From Paraphysomonas bandaiensis (taxonomy: Eukaryota > Protista > Chrysophyceae): DNA of 64,000 nt. The position numbers were made by a program, and so were the translations under genes. Positions 1-12,803 of the stretch are shown piece by piece (position 1 is the stretch's first letter; each line of letters opens with the position of its first letter). Below the pieces are notes generated by a model that worked only from the letters and a program-made list of their open reading frames with translations, searched no databases and had not been told where the DNA came from. The DNA is taken from the NCBI GenBank assembly GCA_965644295.1, contig CBFFRP010000034.1:39476-103475 (forward strand), read 5' to 3'.

Positions 1-130
1 TACGTTGCAATATATATCGAGGCCAAACTTTGCTAAAAATAATAAATATATAGTAGCCAGCAAAAATAAATAATAGCAATATTCTATAGAAATAATATAT
101 TGCAATCCAATATATTTTTACCTGGCCCTG
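1..130. mobile_element. End of a hAT-like MITE, truncated by the window start; second copy at 58940-59048
   Basis: TAGCCAGCAAAAATAAATAAT...TATATTGCAATCCAA.ATATTT.TACCTGG.CCTG occurs here and at 58940-59048. The terminus here reads CAGGGCCAGG on the minus strand, like the CAGGG TIRs of other hAT elements in the window. Confidence 0.55.
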
Positions 131-195
131 CTTATCGCCACTTCAATATTTTTCCATTTCCGCATCTTTGATGCTTCCGTCCACACGTCCCATTT

Positions 196-1983
196 TTAGC
201 TGTATATGTTATCATATGTGCTAAACAGTACGGCATCTACACCCTCCAACGTTTCACCAAACCATCGAATATGCCAGTTGATCTGTGCGTCCATCAAACT
301 GTATTTGTGAGGTAAACATGGCAACTGCTTATCGAAAACAAGGTGCCCCACTGGAACTTCCTGGAGAAGGTTGTAATCAGCGATCATGCGGAGTATCCTG
401 TCAAGGTGCCCTCAAGAGCCATTAATTCATACCTATCAAAGGACGCTGGACAAAGATTGTTCACAGCGTGCAGCATGACTCGATAAAGCAACTCGATTGT
501 ACCAGGCACAATTTGGCTTACGACTAATATGAAATTTTCCATGTATTGCGCCAGTTTAACATCTTGCTGGTTCTCACCATGAAACTTTGCAATACTTTCA
601 TTCACTCGTGCGATGTCTATTCCAGACTCGTGACACCAAGGGTCATACATCGAGTCATAAAACATCGCTAACTGCTAAAAAGGCTTCAGAAATTATGATG
701 CGAAAAGCTGGATCTTCGTAATAGAGACTCGGAAGGGCGGGTATACCAACTAATTCATTGGAATTCACGTAACCATCTCGAAGTGAAGTTAACGTCCTTT
801 CTATACACCCCCGCTGCGGAGAAACAACTGGAGTATACCTTCCTCACTACACTCCCCAAATTCAAACAATTCAAGCATGTTGACAAACTGATTTTTTCGT
901 CGAACTGGGTGCACATTGAGTTCTGTGTAGACACTGTCGCTGAGAGAAGTATATTCGTCAAAGCCATATGCGTCGGGGTACAGAGCCCATCGGACAATGT
1001 TTCAACTTGCACAGGCCGCTATATGCCAAAACAGTTCATATCTTTACCCAGTAACACTATTCTGCCTAATTACATTATGTCTCCATTCAATTTTTTTCAT
1101 TGTTTCTCTATCTGCACCATCAGGAATAACTTCATAGAGTTTGTGAAATTCGTTTGCACAAAGGAAATGATCCCCTTTTTAAGATTACTTTGAACATACT
1201 CTAAGAGTTGATCTCAATAGTCGGCACTTCGATTAATTTCAGTTAACAATAGCTCCATAGAGTAGTGTGTTGCCTTTGCCCAGTCCTGGAGAGTTCTATA
1301 TAACACAGCTGACAACCATGATCGTCGTCTTGCCAATAATACCAACCGGGCCGCAATATGGTGAACACATTTACTGTGACCTGAACTATTGCTTCACTTC
1401 CCCTGCCCCCGTTTCCAAGGCCCTCTCGACTTTTTGATTGTTTGTTGGAGATTTTTCTACCCATTGATAAACGGAACGAGTTTTTAACGCCTATTGCTAA
1501 ATAAAAAGACATTCAATATATATGATAAACTGACACTCTCAAGATCAAACTTCCGTTTAGGGATGGTGTGTTGCTTACATCCGCTTCTGTAGATGGCAAG
1601 AGCTCGTTCTCCTGCTGGCAACCCGAGCATATAAAATGCCAACCACTCCGATGGATATTCGGAACCAGTGTATAAATTCCTCTGGCTACGTCTCGCCGGG
1701 AAGGAATTGAATGGAACATAGCATTGATGTTTCGATCCCTTGTTGGATATGTCCGGAGTACATCAAAGAAACATCGTAGGCCAACTCGTATAGAACGCCA
1801 CATCTTTGCATCCGGTTTGAAGTTCGTTGTCACTGAGTTGCAGGAAATTCCAGAGACAAGATTGATTAATGAGTTTTTGAGGGATATTGCTTCTTTACTC
1901 TTGTCTTTCTCAGTCAGACACTTTATCGGTTCTACAACCTCGTTAACTGATGGAACTCTTTGTGGAATGGGAACTCATCATTA
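196..1983 (-). pseudogene. Degraded, frameshifted coding relic, possibly a P-loop NTPase
   Basis: Chain of short minus-strand ORFs (1513-1833, 755-1012, 384-665, 196-387). A Walker-A-like CGPVGIIGKTT is readable at ~1323-1355 on the minus strand. Interrupted by a repeat terminus at 1481-1512. Confidence 0.35.
1481..1512 (+). repeat. Terminal fragment of dispersed repeat family A
   Basis: TTAACGCCTATTGCTAAATAAAAAGAC matches the 3' ends of copies at ~33858 and ~34460, and (reverse strand) ~58255. Confidence 0.6.
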
Positions 1984-2857
1984 GATGCCTGATTTTCCTC
2001 ATTGCTTCCTATCTCAGGTGTGTGTACATCTACACAATGCTATCAGTAAATATTAATCACTAAGAGCAAGTGTCATTTATCTTGAGCTTCAGAGACATTG
2101 CAACAGGTTCTTCCGGCAATCCTCAGAATGATCCATGGTTCTCATTTAGCTTAATGTGATTATTTTTATTGCAAGAAGTGCATGCATTTCACACAAAAAC
2201 CTACCCTCAATTACCCCAACCCACTCCAGGTAAAATGGCTAAATGTGGGATAATATTATTTACTGTTAGAATTGGACATTTTACTGAAGTTAACTTTACT
2301 CTACACGTAAATCTGAATCTTGCTTTGTTGAACACGATGCATTTTCAAGTAAGATATTATAATTATTTTACTCTGAACACTTCACTACATATTCGTGTAA
2401 CATCTCGTAAATCACCTGTTCTCAGCAACACCTGTTTATCATATGTTCACTAGTCACTCCTATATCTCATATAGTCCCAGTTCAGTAGCTCAATTTAATT
2501 TCTTTGTAACTAATCACCCGTTAGGTTGGGGTAAAATAGCATAAACAAGCAAGGAAAGATAACCTAAATTACCCCTCGATTTTTCTTATTAGAAAGTTAT
2601 TGGGGGAGGGTAACTTCTTCCACGGTCAGAATACCTCTCGCTTATATGAAAGCACCCTTACTGTGTGAGTTTAACTTCAGTTATTTAAGCTTTTTCACAG
2701 CCAAATATCAAATGTCCGATGTAGTATGTATACCAATAAGATCATCCATGTACCACAATACCAGCAACTTGCGTAATTCATATAGAAACGAAATTAATAA
2801 TAAAAGTTACAGATAAAATATTACACGAATCTACATCCACAGCAATCACACCCAGTT

Positions 2858-5845
2858 CTAAACTTCAAATTGATGATCTGGCGGAGTATTTGAGAGTGCT
2901 TCTTTTGCCTGTAGCGATTCCTGTTTAAAGTGATAAAGCGCTTTCATCCAATTTACTGCTTCTTCATTTCCTACTCTACTCCGAACTATCCACTGAAAAA
3001 GAGATGGTTCACTTTCACCGAACTTTGGCGGGCGACGAACCGATTCAGTTCTGAACGTTAAACGCATGAGTCCAGTGGAGTTGAGATCCACATCAGCAGC
3101 AACACAATCTGTCCATGCCACGATTTTAAGAAATATACAAGCAAACTATCGCTTACCACTTAAGTCTAGAAACAAGAAGTCATCGCCATCCGCCCCCCTC
3201 CCTTTTGAATTAGAATAATTCTGCAAGCGATGTATACACAAAGACGCGCAATCCACAGTCAACATCAGTAGTACGGAGCCATACTCGACCATGATGCTGG
3301 ATCCACGAGTAGAATCTGTTTTGTTCACATCGTCTGCCTCTTCAAGAATCACGTAAACAAGAGATGAGGTACTGCGATTTCCAATTACGTACCAGATTGA
3401 GGAATGCTGCAATTACTGGATACCAGCTGTGAATGTTTCACAGAACCACACTCCGCTGGCGGAGAAGATGCACTCCTAGAAAACCAAGACTTTCTTGACT
3501 TGTCGTCTCTATCACAACTATCTGGACGATTGTCAGAGTTTGTTTCTAGCTTTGATCGGTCCTCAGAATAATTCTGACTTTGTTCTATAGAACTTTTCAA
3601 CTCATCTACCGATTTATCGTCGACACAATCTACGGCACTACAACTACCAAAAGAGTAACTATCCCGCTGGCCAGGTGTCGTCTCTGCCATTTTCTCTGCC
3701 ACGGGGTCATTTATTGGTTCACCATCCCCAGGGTTATCTTCTCTGCCATCAACCACCAGAGAATCACTCTTCAACACACTATGTGTGGATTCTTTCCTAT
3801 GGAAAGAAAGTCGGCGCCTTCCTAACACACTCCGCTTTCTCGCCATGTCTGAGTCACTAACAGCACCCCCAGAATCATCTTGTGAGTGCGATCCTCCTGT
3901 TTTACTCAGTACTCCGGTCACAAATGACGAAAGCCGGGCAAATGACCCTTTTCGCTTCATTTTTTCATTTCTTCCACGTACTTCCGAGTCAGATGCGTAT
4001 TTGGCATCCGCATGAGAGCCAGGCAATGTACCAACCGAGCTGCCTCGTTTGGTCACAACACGCTTTATAACGTCCCCGTCGCTAAGAGGATACTCTGGCA
4101 TCGAACCTGATATATTGAATTGACCTAAGTGTTATGCTTAAATAACAGCAGGATTACCAGTTGAACTATCAGGGTAACCCTTGGGTTCAATATCGTTATT
4201 GACAGCGTCATGTTGCTGGTGGATTTGACCCGGATGAAGTACAGAATCAGACTGTTGCCTAACCAAGGGATCACCAGAGTCCGCGGCAGAAGTAGTAGAC
4301 GTTTCGAAAAAGCTACTAACACTTGCATCTTTGGGGGAAGAGGCACCAGCGCTCTTCGCTCGCCTAACCACTTTCGAAACAGGAGGTTCAACAAGCACAG
4401 GGTCCCTATCCTTTACATATTGTTCGTGTGTGTAAGGTACAGTTAGGGCTTCTGGAGTAAAATGAGAAAAAACACCATGAAAAGGATAATACAAACATAC
4501 CAATTGTCGACGACGGGGCTGCAAGCAAAGCTCGAAGATCGTCAATATGCCTACTACTCTCGGATGCTATATATGCGCCCACAATTGATGAGTGCAATAT
4601 AAAACAATACAAAATACGATTTACCGTGCAACGTTCGCGAACAAAGTCTACTCTTTTCTGTCCACATATAACAATTATACTACTTTCATAATTGTCTACG
4701 CATCAAGTACCTGAACATGCGTCATGCAAAAGCAAAGCTGCCCTAATAGCTTCGGTCCAGAGTCGAGATGTGTCAGCGGAGGGTACCACTGGGGTGAATT
4801 CTGATGAATCCTTACTAGCGATTACAGTGAATGAGTAGCCGGAGTAATCATCCTGTTTCACATCGCGTATTGTGCTAAGCGGAAGAGTGTTGCTGGACAC
4901 ATGGGGGTCTAATTGTTCCTGCCCCGTTAGTGGGTCCTTTATCAACTAGTGCATGATACAGCGCTCAAATTCGAGATAGAACAAATAAATATGTTCACAC
5001 CTTCAGTTTAATGGTTGAAAGCCGCAGACACCATTCCGAGGAATCGCGCGAATACCAGTCAATATACAAATATCTCTTCCGCATTTCTCCCCTGTCTGTA
5101 GAGACAGGTTTACGAATCACGTAGCATCCACCTACGCGCAAATACATAACAAACATCAGACACGCAATCGAAATTACCTTCTACTTTACTAATCACCTCG
5201 GCTAGTCTATATTCCTTAGAAACAGATATATATGCAATATATTTGACCAAAAATTTTTGCCAGTCTCTTCTCTCTGCATCGGTGAGGAAGACAAGAACAA
5301 ACGGTCTTCTAGTAGCATGAGATACCCTTGGCATACAAATCACAGCAACTCAGCACAGCATATATCGGCTTATATACCTCAGTTCAAACCCATCAACATC
5401 TTTACGTCCTTTCAATGAAAAACTTTTTCGATTATCGTTGGGTAGTTCCAGTGAGCAATGATTGAGAGGAATAGTACCTTTAGGTTTGACGGCATTAGCA
5501 TCTTGGAAGTAGGTCATCAGACCACCTCTGACGATGAAATATCGCTTTTTCCAACTCACAAGATTACTGTCACCTATATACATATCTCAATATTTATTAC
5601 ATATCTCATATACTATCTACAATATACTACTAACCTTTCATGAATTCTCCATCTTTAAATCCTGGTGGTTCCTCAGGTAATCTCAATAAATCATCACGAG
5701 TAACAGATATTTTTTTCTCGCCATCACATATCCATGCATCATAATGATTCTTTTCTCCTTGTCCACTACATGTCCATGCAGTACGTACACCATTACCATA
5801 ATCTATTGCAGTTTCATATGTATCATGTGGTATAGTAGTTGTCAT
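2858..5845 (-). CDS. Multi-exon pleckstrin-homology (PH) domain protein with several PH-like repeats and a low-complexity linker
   Basis: Exons encode SWKKRYFIVRGGLMTYFQDANAVKPKGTIPLNHCSL, FVLVFLTDAERRDWQKFL, TSRLWTEAIRAAL and EEAVNWMKAL (PH beta1-3 strands and C-terminal Trp helices). GT-AG introns lie between the ORF pieces. Exact exon structure is approximate. Confidence 0.75.
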
Positions 5846-6298
5846 GTGTATAGACTCTATAATGATGTCTATTATATATAAAAAGATACCTTAATTAAAA
5901 GAATTTAAGTGTTAATATGCATATAATAAGACCCTTGTGTTCATAGATGATAGTTTGTTGTATATATGTTATACTTAAGGATATAGTCTCACTTATGGTA
6001 AGTTATGTCGGCTGCTATACTAACATATACATACATACAGACTAACTGTGTATGTGTAGGGAATGTCATAGAGAATTCCTGTACAAATAGCGATAACCTA
6101 ATGTTTGAAATAAAATCGTATATTTTATATGATCACTTGAGATAAAAAATGTACTTTTCAGAAAAAAACTAAGAAATTGATCAAAAACATCATGTTTTAA
6201 TAAATATAGTATATAAAACATATGGCTAAACAAATCGAATAAAAATCTAGAAATTTGCTTGACTATATATTTACCTACAACAACACTATACAGTTAAT

Positions 6299-6349
6299 TG
6301 ATTGGTTGATTTTATTGGTTGCAGTTGATTTCAATGGAAGTGAAGAAAG
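6299..6349 (+). promoter_or_regulatory. Double ATTGG (reverse CCAAT) element upstream of ZPR1
   Basis: TGATTGGTTGATTTTATTGGTTGC...GAAGAAAG lies ~100-150 nt before the ATG; a near-identical motif is at 9657-9691. Confidence 0.4.
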
Positions 6350-6451
6350 TCATAATGAAGTGGCTGTTTGATAGGATGTTGTAGTATATATTATCAGATT
6401 GCTTCATAATCATATATAAGAAGATTATATAGAATTATTAGTATCAATATA

Positions 6452-9057
6452 ATGAATAATGATGAACAAGAGACTATGGAACCAGTGATATCTACACCGG
6501 ATGAATTGGGAATCACTGAAGTGGAGAGTATGTGTATGAGTTGTGGAGAGAATGGGCTTACTAAGTTCCTTATGCATAAAATACCATATTTTCGGGAATT
6601 AATTATTGCTTCATTTGAATGTGAGCATTGTGGTGAAAGAAATAATGAGGTTACATTCGGAGGAGAGATTCAGATACAAGTATGAGATGTAGTATATAGT
6701 ATCACCTCTACTGTGTACTTATATATATAATACACAGGGATCGATATACGAATTAGAGTGTACTAACGCCAAAGATTTGGATCGTCAATTGATTAAATCG
6801 GATAGTGCTTCTGTATACTTTCCTTCCTTGGATTTTGAGATTCCACCGAAAACACAGAAAGGTGAAATATCAACTATTGAGGGTTTCTTAACCACTGCGG
6901 CTCGAAATCTGAGTCTCTATCAGCGAGAGAGAATGGCGGAAAACCCAGAAGTGGGCGCCAAGGTTGCTGAGATTATAGGTGTGTGTGCTTTCCTATGTTG
7001 TTGTCGATTTGACCATCTGACAGTTGAATTGGGCCGGATGTCCAGTGGTGTGAGCTTCCCGTTCAAAATCGTCGTAAATGACCCGGCCGGTAACTCCTTT
7101 GTTGAAAACCCCTTTGCCCCAAAATCCGATCCTAAAATGCGTGTACGCCACTACCATCGGTACGTATTCATGCACTTGATGGACGTTTTCTGAAGTGCTT
7201 ATGCCTGTAGCACACCTGAACAGGACATATCTCTCGGACTCCAACCAGAGCACGGCATCTACCGGAAAGATGAGGATACCAATTTCAAGTCTCTCATCGA
7301 GGGGCGCGGAGGATTCGGTGGAGAGAAAAATGTTGCAACACAGGATGAGGTTCCTCCGAGTGGAGGTGGGGAAGGAGACGGAGCAGAGCCCTTGGGGCGA
7401 AGTGAGGCAGTCAGCATCCCGCAGAACTGCCCAAACTGCAATCATCCGGGAGAATGCCTCACTGCTCTCACAGATATACCACATTTCAAAGAGGTATGTT
7501 CTGCTATTACTGAATGCTTGCGAATTGATGAAGTGATATCTAACGTTGATGGCGGCTCCATTTGCAGGTTATCATTATGGCGTTCACATGTTCTCAATGT
7601 GGCTATAAGAACAGTGAAGTTAAAGGTGGCGGAGCGGTTCCTACTCTCGGAACTGAGGTACAGTAATCTCTTATAGTAATTTTGTTTGGCTAATGTACTC
7701 TTGTTGAAGGTTACTTTGCATGCGACATCTGCAGACGACCTGAAAAGGTGAGGTGCTGTATCTGTGGAGTTTTCTCCTTTCTAACACCGTTCCTCGAATC
7801 TCAGAGATGTGTTGAAGTCAGACAGTGCCATGGTGCGCATACCAGAATTAGACCTTGAACTGCAGTATGGAACATTAGGAGGAGTCTACACCACGGTGGA
7901 GGGTCTACTGCAAAAAATTGAGGCCAGTCTGAGGTATGGAACCCATGCTTATGCGATGCTGTTTTAATAGTGAGCACAGGGACTGTAACCCGTTTGCCCT
8001 GGGTGACTCAACTAGGCTTCATCACTCAGAGGCTCTCAAGACAGAGAATGTAAGTTGTCTATTACATAGAAAACATGAGCTTACACTGTCACATAGGCCA
8101 CAGATAGGTTTATTGTCGTTATGGACCATCTCAAAGAGGTTTACTCAGGTATGATTTCAATTTCATCCATATCAATAAATCCCTAGTCCAGGTCAAAGAT
8201 TTCCCTTCACTCTTGTCCTGCGAGATCCGTTGGGAAATAGCTTTATTTCCGCACACATTGGTGAGAAGTCAACATTGTGTTTATTGGGTCTTTGCTCACA
8301 TCATGTCCGCTATCAGGGTCTTTTATTCCACCCGAGGCTGACTCAGGACTCTCCATTGAGGATTTTCAGCGCACTTGGGAAGAGGTGAATGCCCCATACT
8401 TGCTATATATCATGCTAATTTTTTGTATAGAACGAGGAATTTGGCTTGAATGATATGAACACAAAAGACTTTGAAACTGGCGTGAGCTACGACGACGGAC
8501 CAATATTGTCTGATAGACTGACACATGTTTTGCCCAAAGGTATACCAATAGCTTTGGTGCATTTTTGTGTGTCGTCCTTCAGCTAATGAATGAATGAAGT
8601 CTAATCTTATCTGTATTCAATAGGAGCGGATCATCCAACTCCTTTTGCCCAAGGCGTTAAGGATTCTACACCCTCAGGTGTCTACTTTGACACTCCTGTA
8701 GCAGGACCTGCTCCTGAACCATACATTGACGACACGGGGAAAAAAGTTGGATGGACTTCTGTGGGACCCTCTTGGGGTCCGGTAGATATGGCCAAGGAGT
8801 TGGGCTGTCCAGCTCCTAACAATGAGGAATCTAACGATGATGCCCCCGTTGTTGATGGGCGCAGACATTTCAATGAGCGGGATTTTACCCTTAAATTTTC
8901 AGCTAGGGAAGAGTTTGGCGGGGCTAGACCTGGTTTTGTTTTCAGGCTTGGGGCCCAAGGACTCGGCTATTATGAAGATGTCGGTATTGCTGATGATAAA
9001 AGTTCAAGTACAGTGGATAGAGAGTCACCAGTAGAAGCGCAGGACGAGAAAAAGTAA
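6452..9057 (+). CDS. ZPR1: Zinc finger protein ZPR1 (two ZnF + A/B domain modules), ~11-12 introns
   Basis: ESMCMSCGENG..IPYFRELIIASFECEHCGERNNEV, DRQLIKSDSA, GEISTIEG, VNDPAGNSFVENP; second module CPNCNHPG..IPHFKEV..CSQCGYKNSEVKGGG, RDVLKSDSA, GGVYTTVEGLL, LRDPLGNSFIS. Canonical GT-AG introns. Confidence 0.95.
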
Positions 9058-9611
9058 TACAGCGTGCTGGTAACTTATCGTATCAGTAGATAGTGTGGTA
9101 TAATAATTATGCTTATTTGCTGTAGAAATAACTTAGTGAAGGTTGAAAGTTAATAACATATCTATTTAAAACCCAAGAGGTTGAGATATTTTGTGTATCA
9201 TGTGCACTTTGCCCAAACTGTCAAGTGATTTGGTGATCTTATGTCTTTTTCATATGGTTGTCCCTACACGTTTTCCTATCTCACATTGTCAGATAAAATG
9301 TTGTTCTTTTGCACACTATTGATGCCACTTGATTCACGGAATAACGTATTTCCCTGTTTGTTGTATGACAGAGCCTGTACGTGTATTGGCTCAGTGTAGA
9401 ATATGACAACGTACTTATATTTTCGATCGGAGTCCATCGGATAAACAGCAATCAATATTACCGCATCGATAGCTGGTGATAGTGATACAGTTGTCATTGC
9501 ACAGTAATTACTTCCATTCGAGGAATGTGTACGACATATGTACAACTGGAAACATGACTGTGTTGTTGCAATTGTTGTAACTATTTTTTTGTAGGTTCAT
9601 TTTTTTAGTTA

Positions 9612-9691
9612 ACCAATTGAACCAATAGAAATGGTTTTACATATTTTGTAGGATGTTGATTGGTGGATTCTTTTATTGGTGGCGAAGAAAG
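9612..9691 (+). promoter_or_regulatory. CCAAT/ATTGG cluster upstream of the G-patch gene
   Basis: ACCAATTGAACCAAT (9612-9626) and TGATTGGTGGATTCTTTTATTGGTGGCGAAGAAAG (9657-9691), ~140 nt before the ATG. Confidence 0.4.
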
Positions 9692-9831
9692 CATGACAGT
9701 TTATTATATGGGTAGTATATGCATGTATATGTGATATCATGCACACTGTTGTGTTAGAATTAAACTCAACACTTCCAAATCGGATACATTCATCTTCTGT
9801 TTAATTAACTGTATCAGAAGATTATCTTATC

Positions 9832-10603
9832 ATGGCATCGATGTTGGTGACAAAGAAAACCCTTAAATCAATGGGAGGGAAAATGAATGAAAGTTCTGGT
9901 AGTGCAGTCTCTGCATTCGCTCGTAGACAAATGGAGAAGTTTGGATGGACAGAGTGAGATAACAAATCAATAACAATGTATATGACTAATCTTATTGAAT
10001 TATTAGGGGTAAAGGTCTAGGAAAGAATGAAGATGGTATTCAAAAACACGTGAAAATAGTAAAACGCGACGAAAACACTGGGGTAATTCTAACAGATTGG
10101 CTTGTAATAGTGTGTAATGCTTGTCACAGTTAGGTAGCGAAGCGAAGCCTGTTGATCCAGAGGCTGAAACCTGGTGGCATGATGCTTTTGCGAATGCTTT
10201 AAGTAAAGTGTCGACAAAGAAGAAAAGAAAACGCTCTGAACAGTCCAGCAGTTCTCCACCTACATATGATGAGCTCTTTGCTGCCACTGGTGGTGTAAGA
10301 CTTGGCATGCGAGCCAGAGCTGATCAAGTTGGTAAATTGAGTAGAGTTAATGATTTCCCTGAAATACAAAAAGTTTCAAGAACTGCAGAATCCAGCGATG
10401 TGGCCAGTTCCAAATCGGACTCTGAATCTGGCTCTCCATCGACCTGTATCAGTAATGGAACAACGGAGCAACAAAGCAGCAATTCTATAGAGCAGACAAA
10501 GGATAGAAAAGAGAAGAAAAGCAAGAAAGAGAAAAAAGAGAAGAGTAAGAAGGAGAAGAAAGAAAAAAAGCTAAAGAAGTCAAAGTCGAAAAGAGAGAAA
10601 TGA
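9832..10603 (+). CDS. G-patch domain protein (GPATCH4/PinX1-like) with lysine-rich tail, 3 exons
   Basis: Spliced AFARRQMEKFGWTE|GKGLGKNEDGIQKHVKIVKRDENTG|LG...WWHDAF is a G-patch; also DELFAATGGVRLGMRARADQVGKL and a KKEKKEKK tail. Confidence 0.85.
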
Positions 10604-11572
10604 AAAAGGAATAGTCTGTAGCCGTTGTCTTTGTCAATATCAAGTATGAATCTCGACATGGTATAGTATTAGTATAATGTATGTGATAATGTTAGTAATA
10701 ATAATTTTGCAGCTAGTGCTGTGCGTTAGTGTCTAGATTTCAAGGTTCTCTATCCATTTGTTGGGAATTATGTCATGGGAAATATTATTCAACCTAGTCA
10801 CACTATTTTGGTGGAATAGCATAGTCAAAGTAATAAATGACTCAACCTAGTCGTTATTAAATCCATTGATTACACACTGTGACAGTTACGGTACCATCTC
10901 ACACCACACAATATATTAGTGGCTTGTGGCTTACATTCAAACATAACAATAAGCTCATATATTTATATCTACTTAACACAGGTGCATATATGTCTATCGA
11001 GCCTATCCATAGCTTACAAGTATACTGCGATGGGTCCCCTGTCAGTGTTATGGGGAGGAGGGGTCCATGAAGCTGTAGATATATCTTACACTGTGATCTA
11101 TGATCTGCAATCTGCAGGGCATCTCGAGATCTTCATATGCTATGAGTGATAGCGCTCATCGATAATTCACCTCGATATATAGAGCGCAGAATATTTGACA
11201 CGTGATAAACATCAAAAGACTATCTTTGAAAGAAGCGAGGAAAGAGATAGCTCAGGGTTCAGCTACAACTAACCACATAATAGAATAACTATGTTTACTT
11301 TTGAGGTAACGTATGTTTCAGGACACTTAACAGTGTAGATATCTCCGAGGAAAATTGTTTCCTAAAATAACATTAATTATTAATTGTTACTATAATGAGT
11401 TATCTATGATATCTGAAAAGTCGATAACTGAAATTACCAATAATTGAGAAAATTCTAAGAACTTCGACTGCTATTCATTTATACGCGGTATTAAATAATC
11501 GTAAATGTAAAGTATTATCTTTGTGATTTTGTGTACATTCTCTATTGCACACATATGATGATTTCAGTCTAA

Positions 11573-12238
11573 TCAGTGCCAATATGTAAGCCATTCGTTC
11601 ATCAAGAAGTTATTCCACTGCTCCCATACGTAGTTCGGAAGATATTCCAAGGGTGTCGCACCAAATTTTTCAGATATAAACATGAGGCGAGGGTCATTTC
11701 TCAGCAAAAGTCGGGCGATTTCGAAATTGGGGACTCCTCGCCAACAGAGGTCATGAAGGGGGGTGCGCCCACAGTCGTCAGCCATGATCACAGCTCCGTT
11801 CTCCAAAAGGAAAGTAACAGTCTCCAAGGAAGACCGCTTGCAAGCTAGGTGTAGTATCGATTCACAGTGTTCGTTGCAGGCTGACATCGAGTAACCTGAC
11901 CGTTTCAGTTCGGATAGCATATGCACATCAGAATTTCTCACAGCAATCAACAATTTCGTATCATAGCTATGACGTTGTTCCTGAGTTGGGGACATTCGAT
12001 ACTGTGATGTCACTCCGCTCCGAGGAGAGAATGTAAAACCACGACTGCTGAGTAGCATTTGTAAGAACCAATAAGGGTTCTCAAGTTCAATATCAGATGA
12101 CGTTGATAGATCTTCAGACGAAGTCTCACTTATGTTATGTGGGTCATAATCAGAAGTGCTACAATAATGCTCGAAGTTATAGGGCTTCTGGCCAACAGTT
12201 AGCGACATTCCCACAGATTCTAATGATATAATGGACAT
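11573..12238 (-). CDS. Ankyrin repeat protein, single exon
   Basis: NEHCESILHLACKR and DDCGRTPLHDLCW ankyrin motifs in a 221-aa ORF. Confidence 0.85.
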   Translation of the reverse strand: MSIISLESVGMSLTVGQKPYNFEHYCSTSDYDPHNISETSSEDLSTSSDIELENPYWFLQMLLSSRGFTFSPRSGVTSQYRMSPTQEQRHSYDTKLLIAVRNSDVHMLSELKRSGYSMSACNEHCESILHLACKRSSLETVTFLLENGAVIMADDCGRTPLHDLCWRGVPNFEIARLLLRNDPRLMFISEKFGATPLEYLPNYVWEQWNNFLMNEWLTYWH

Positions 12239-12803
12239 TGTATAGAGTGTAATTGTGATAAGTCAGTACGTTTGATAAGTAGGAGTGTATAATAAGATGC
12301 ATCATTCGCAAGATATAAACCACGTAATAGTGTTCCTTGAATAGTATATTGAAGGTTATCTGACAACATACAGACATGTCCATATTATATCTCATATCCT
12401 AACCTCTCATGCGTCACTATTGCATACCAACACCATTCCCTCTTCATCGATTTCCAGTTCTTAAGTATGTCATCTGCTGTTACCAGAACTCTCCTCTTCC
12501 CCGTTAGTAGAATGAACTGTGCGATGTTACCAGGATAAACGGTCGGTTGCCCGGAAGAGATAACCCGGATATACTCTGCCGGGTTGTTGGTTGTTGTACA
12601 AGGTTCAACTATACGGATATAATCTTACCCGTATCCCGGATATATGTAGCCGGTTATTTTATGGCAGATGGTGGACATGATATGCTCCTGTCCATATATA
12701 TATATATATATACACAGATGCATCCATACAACATGCAGCCATGTTGCAACATAGCATTCAACTTAAACTTCTATATGGAATAAAAACAACACCTATTGCA
12801 ATT

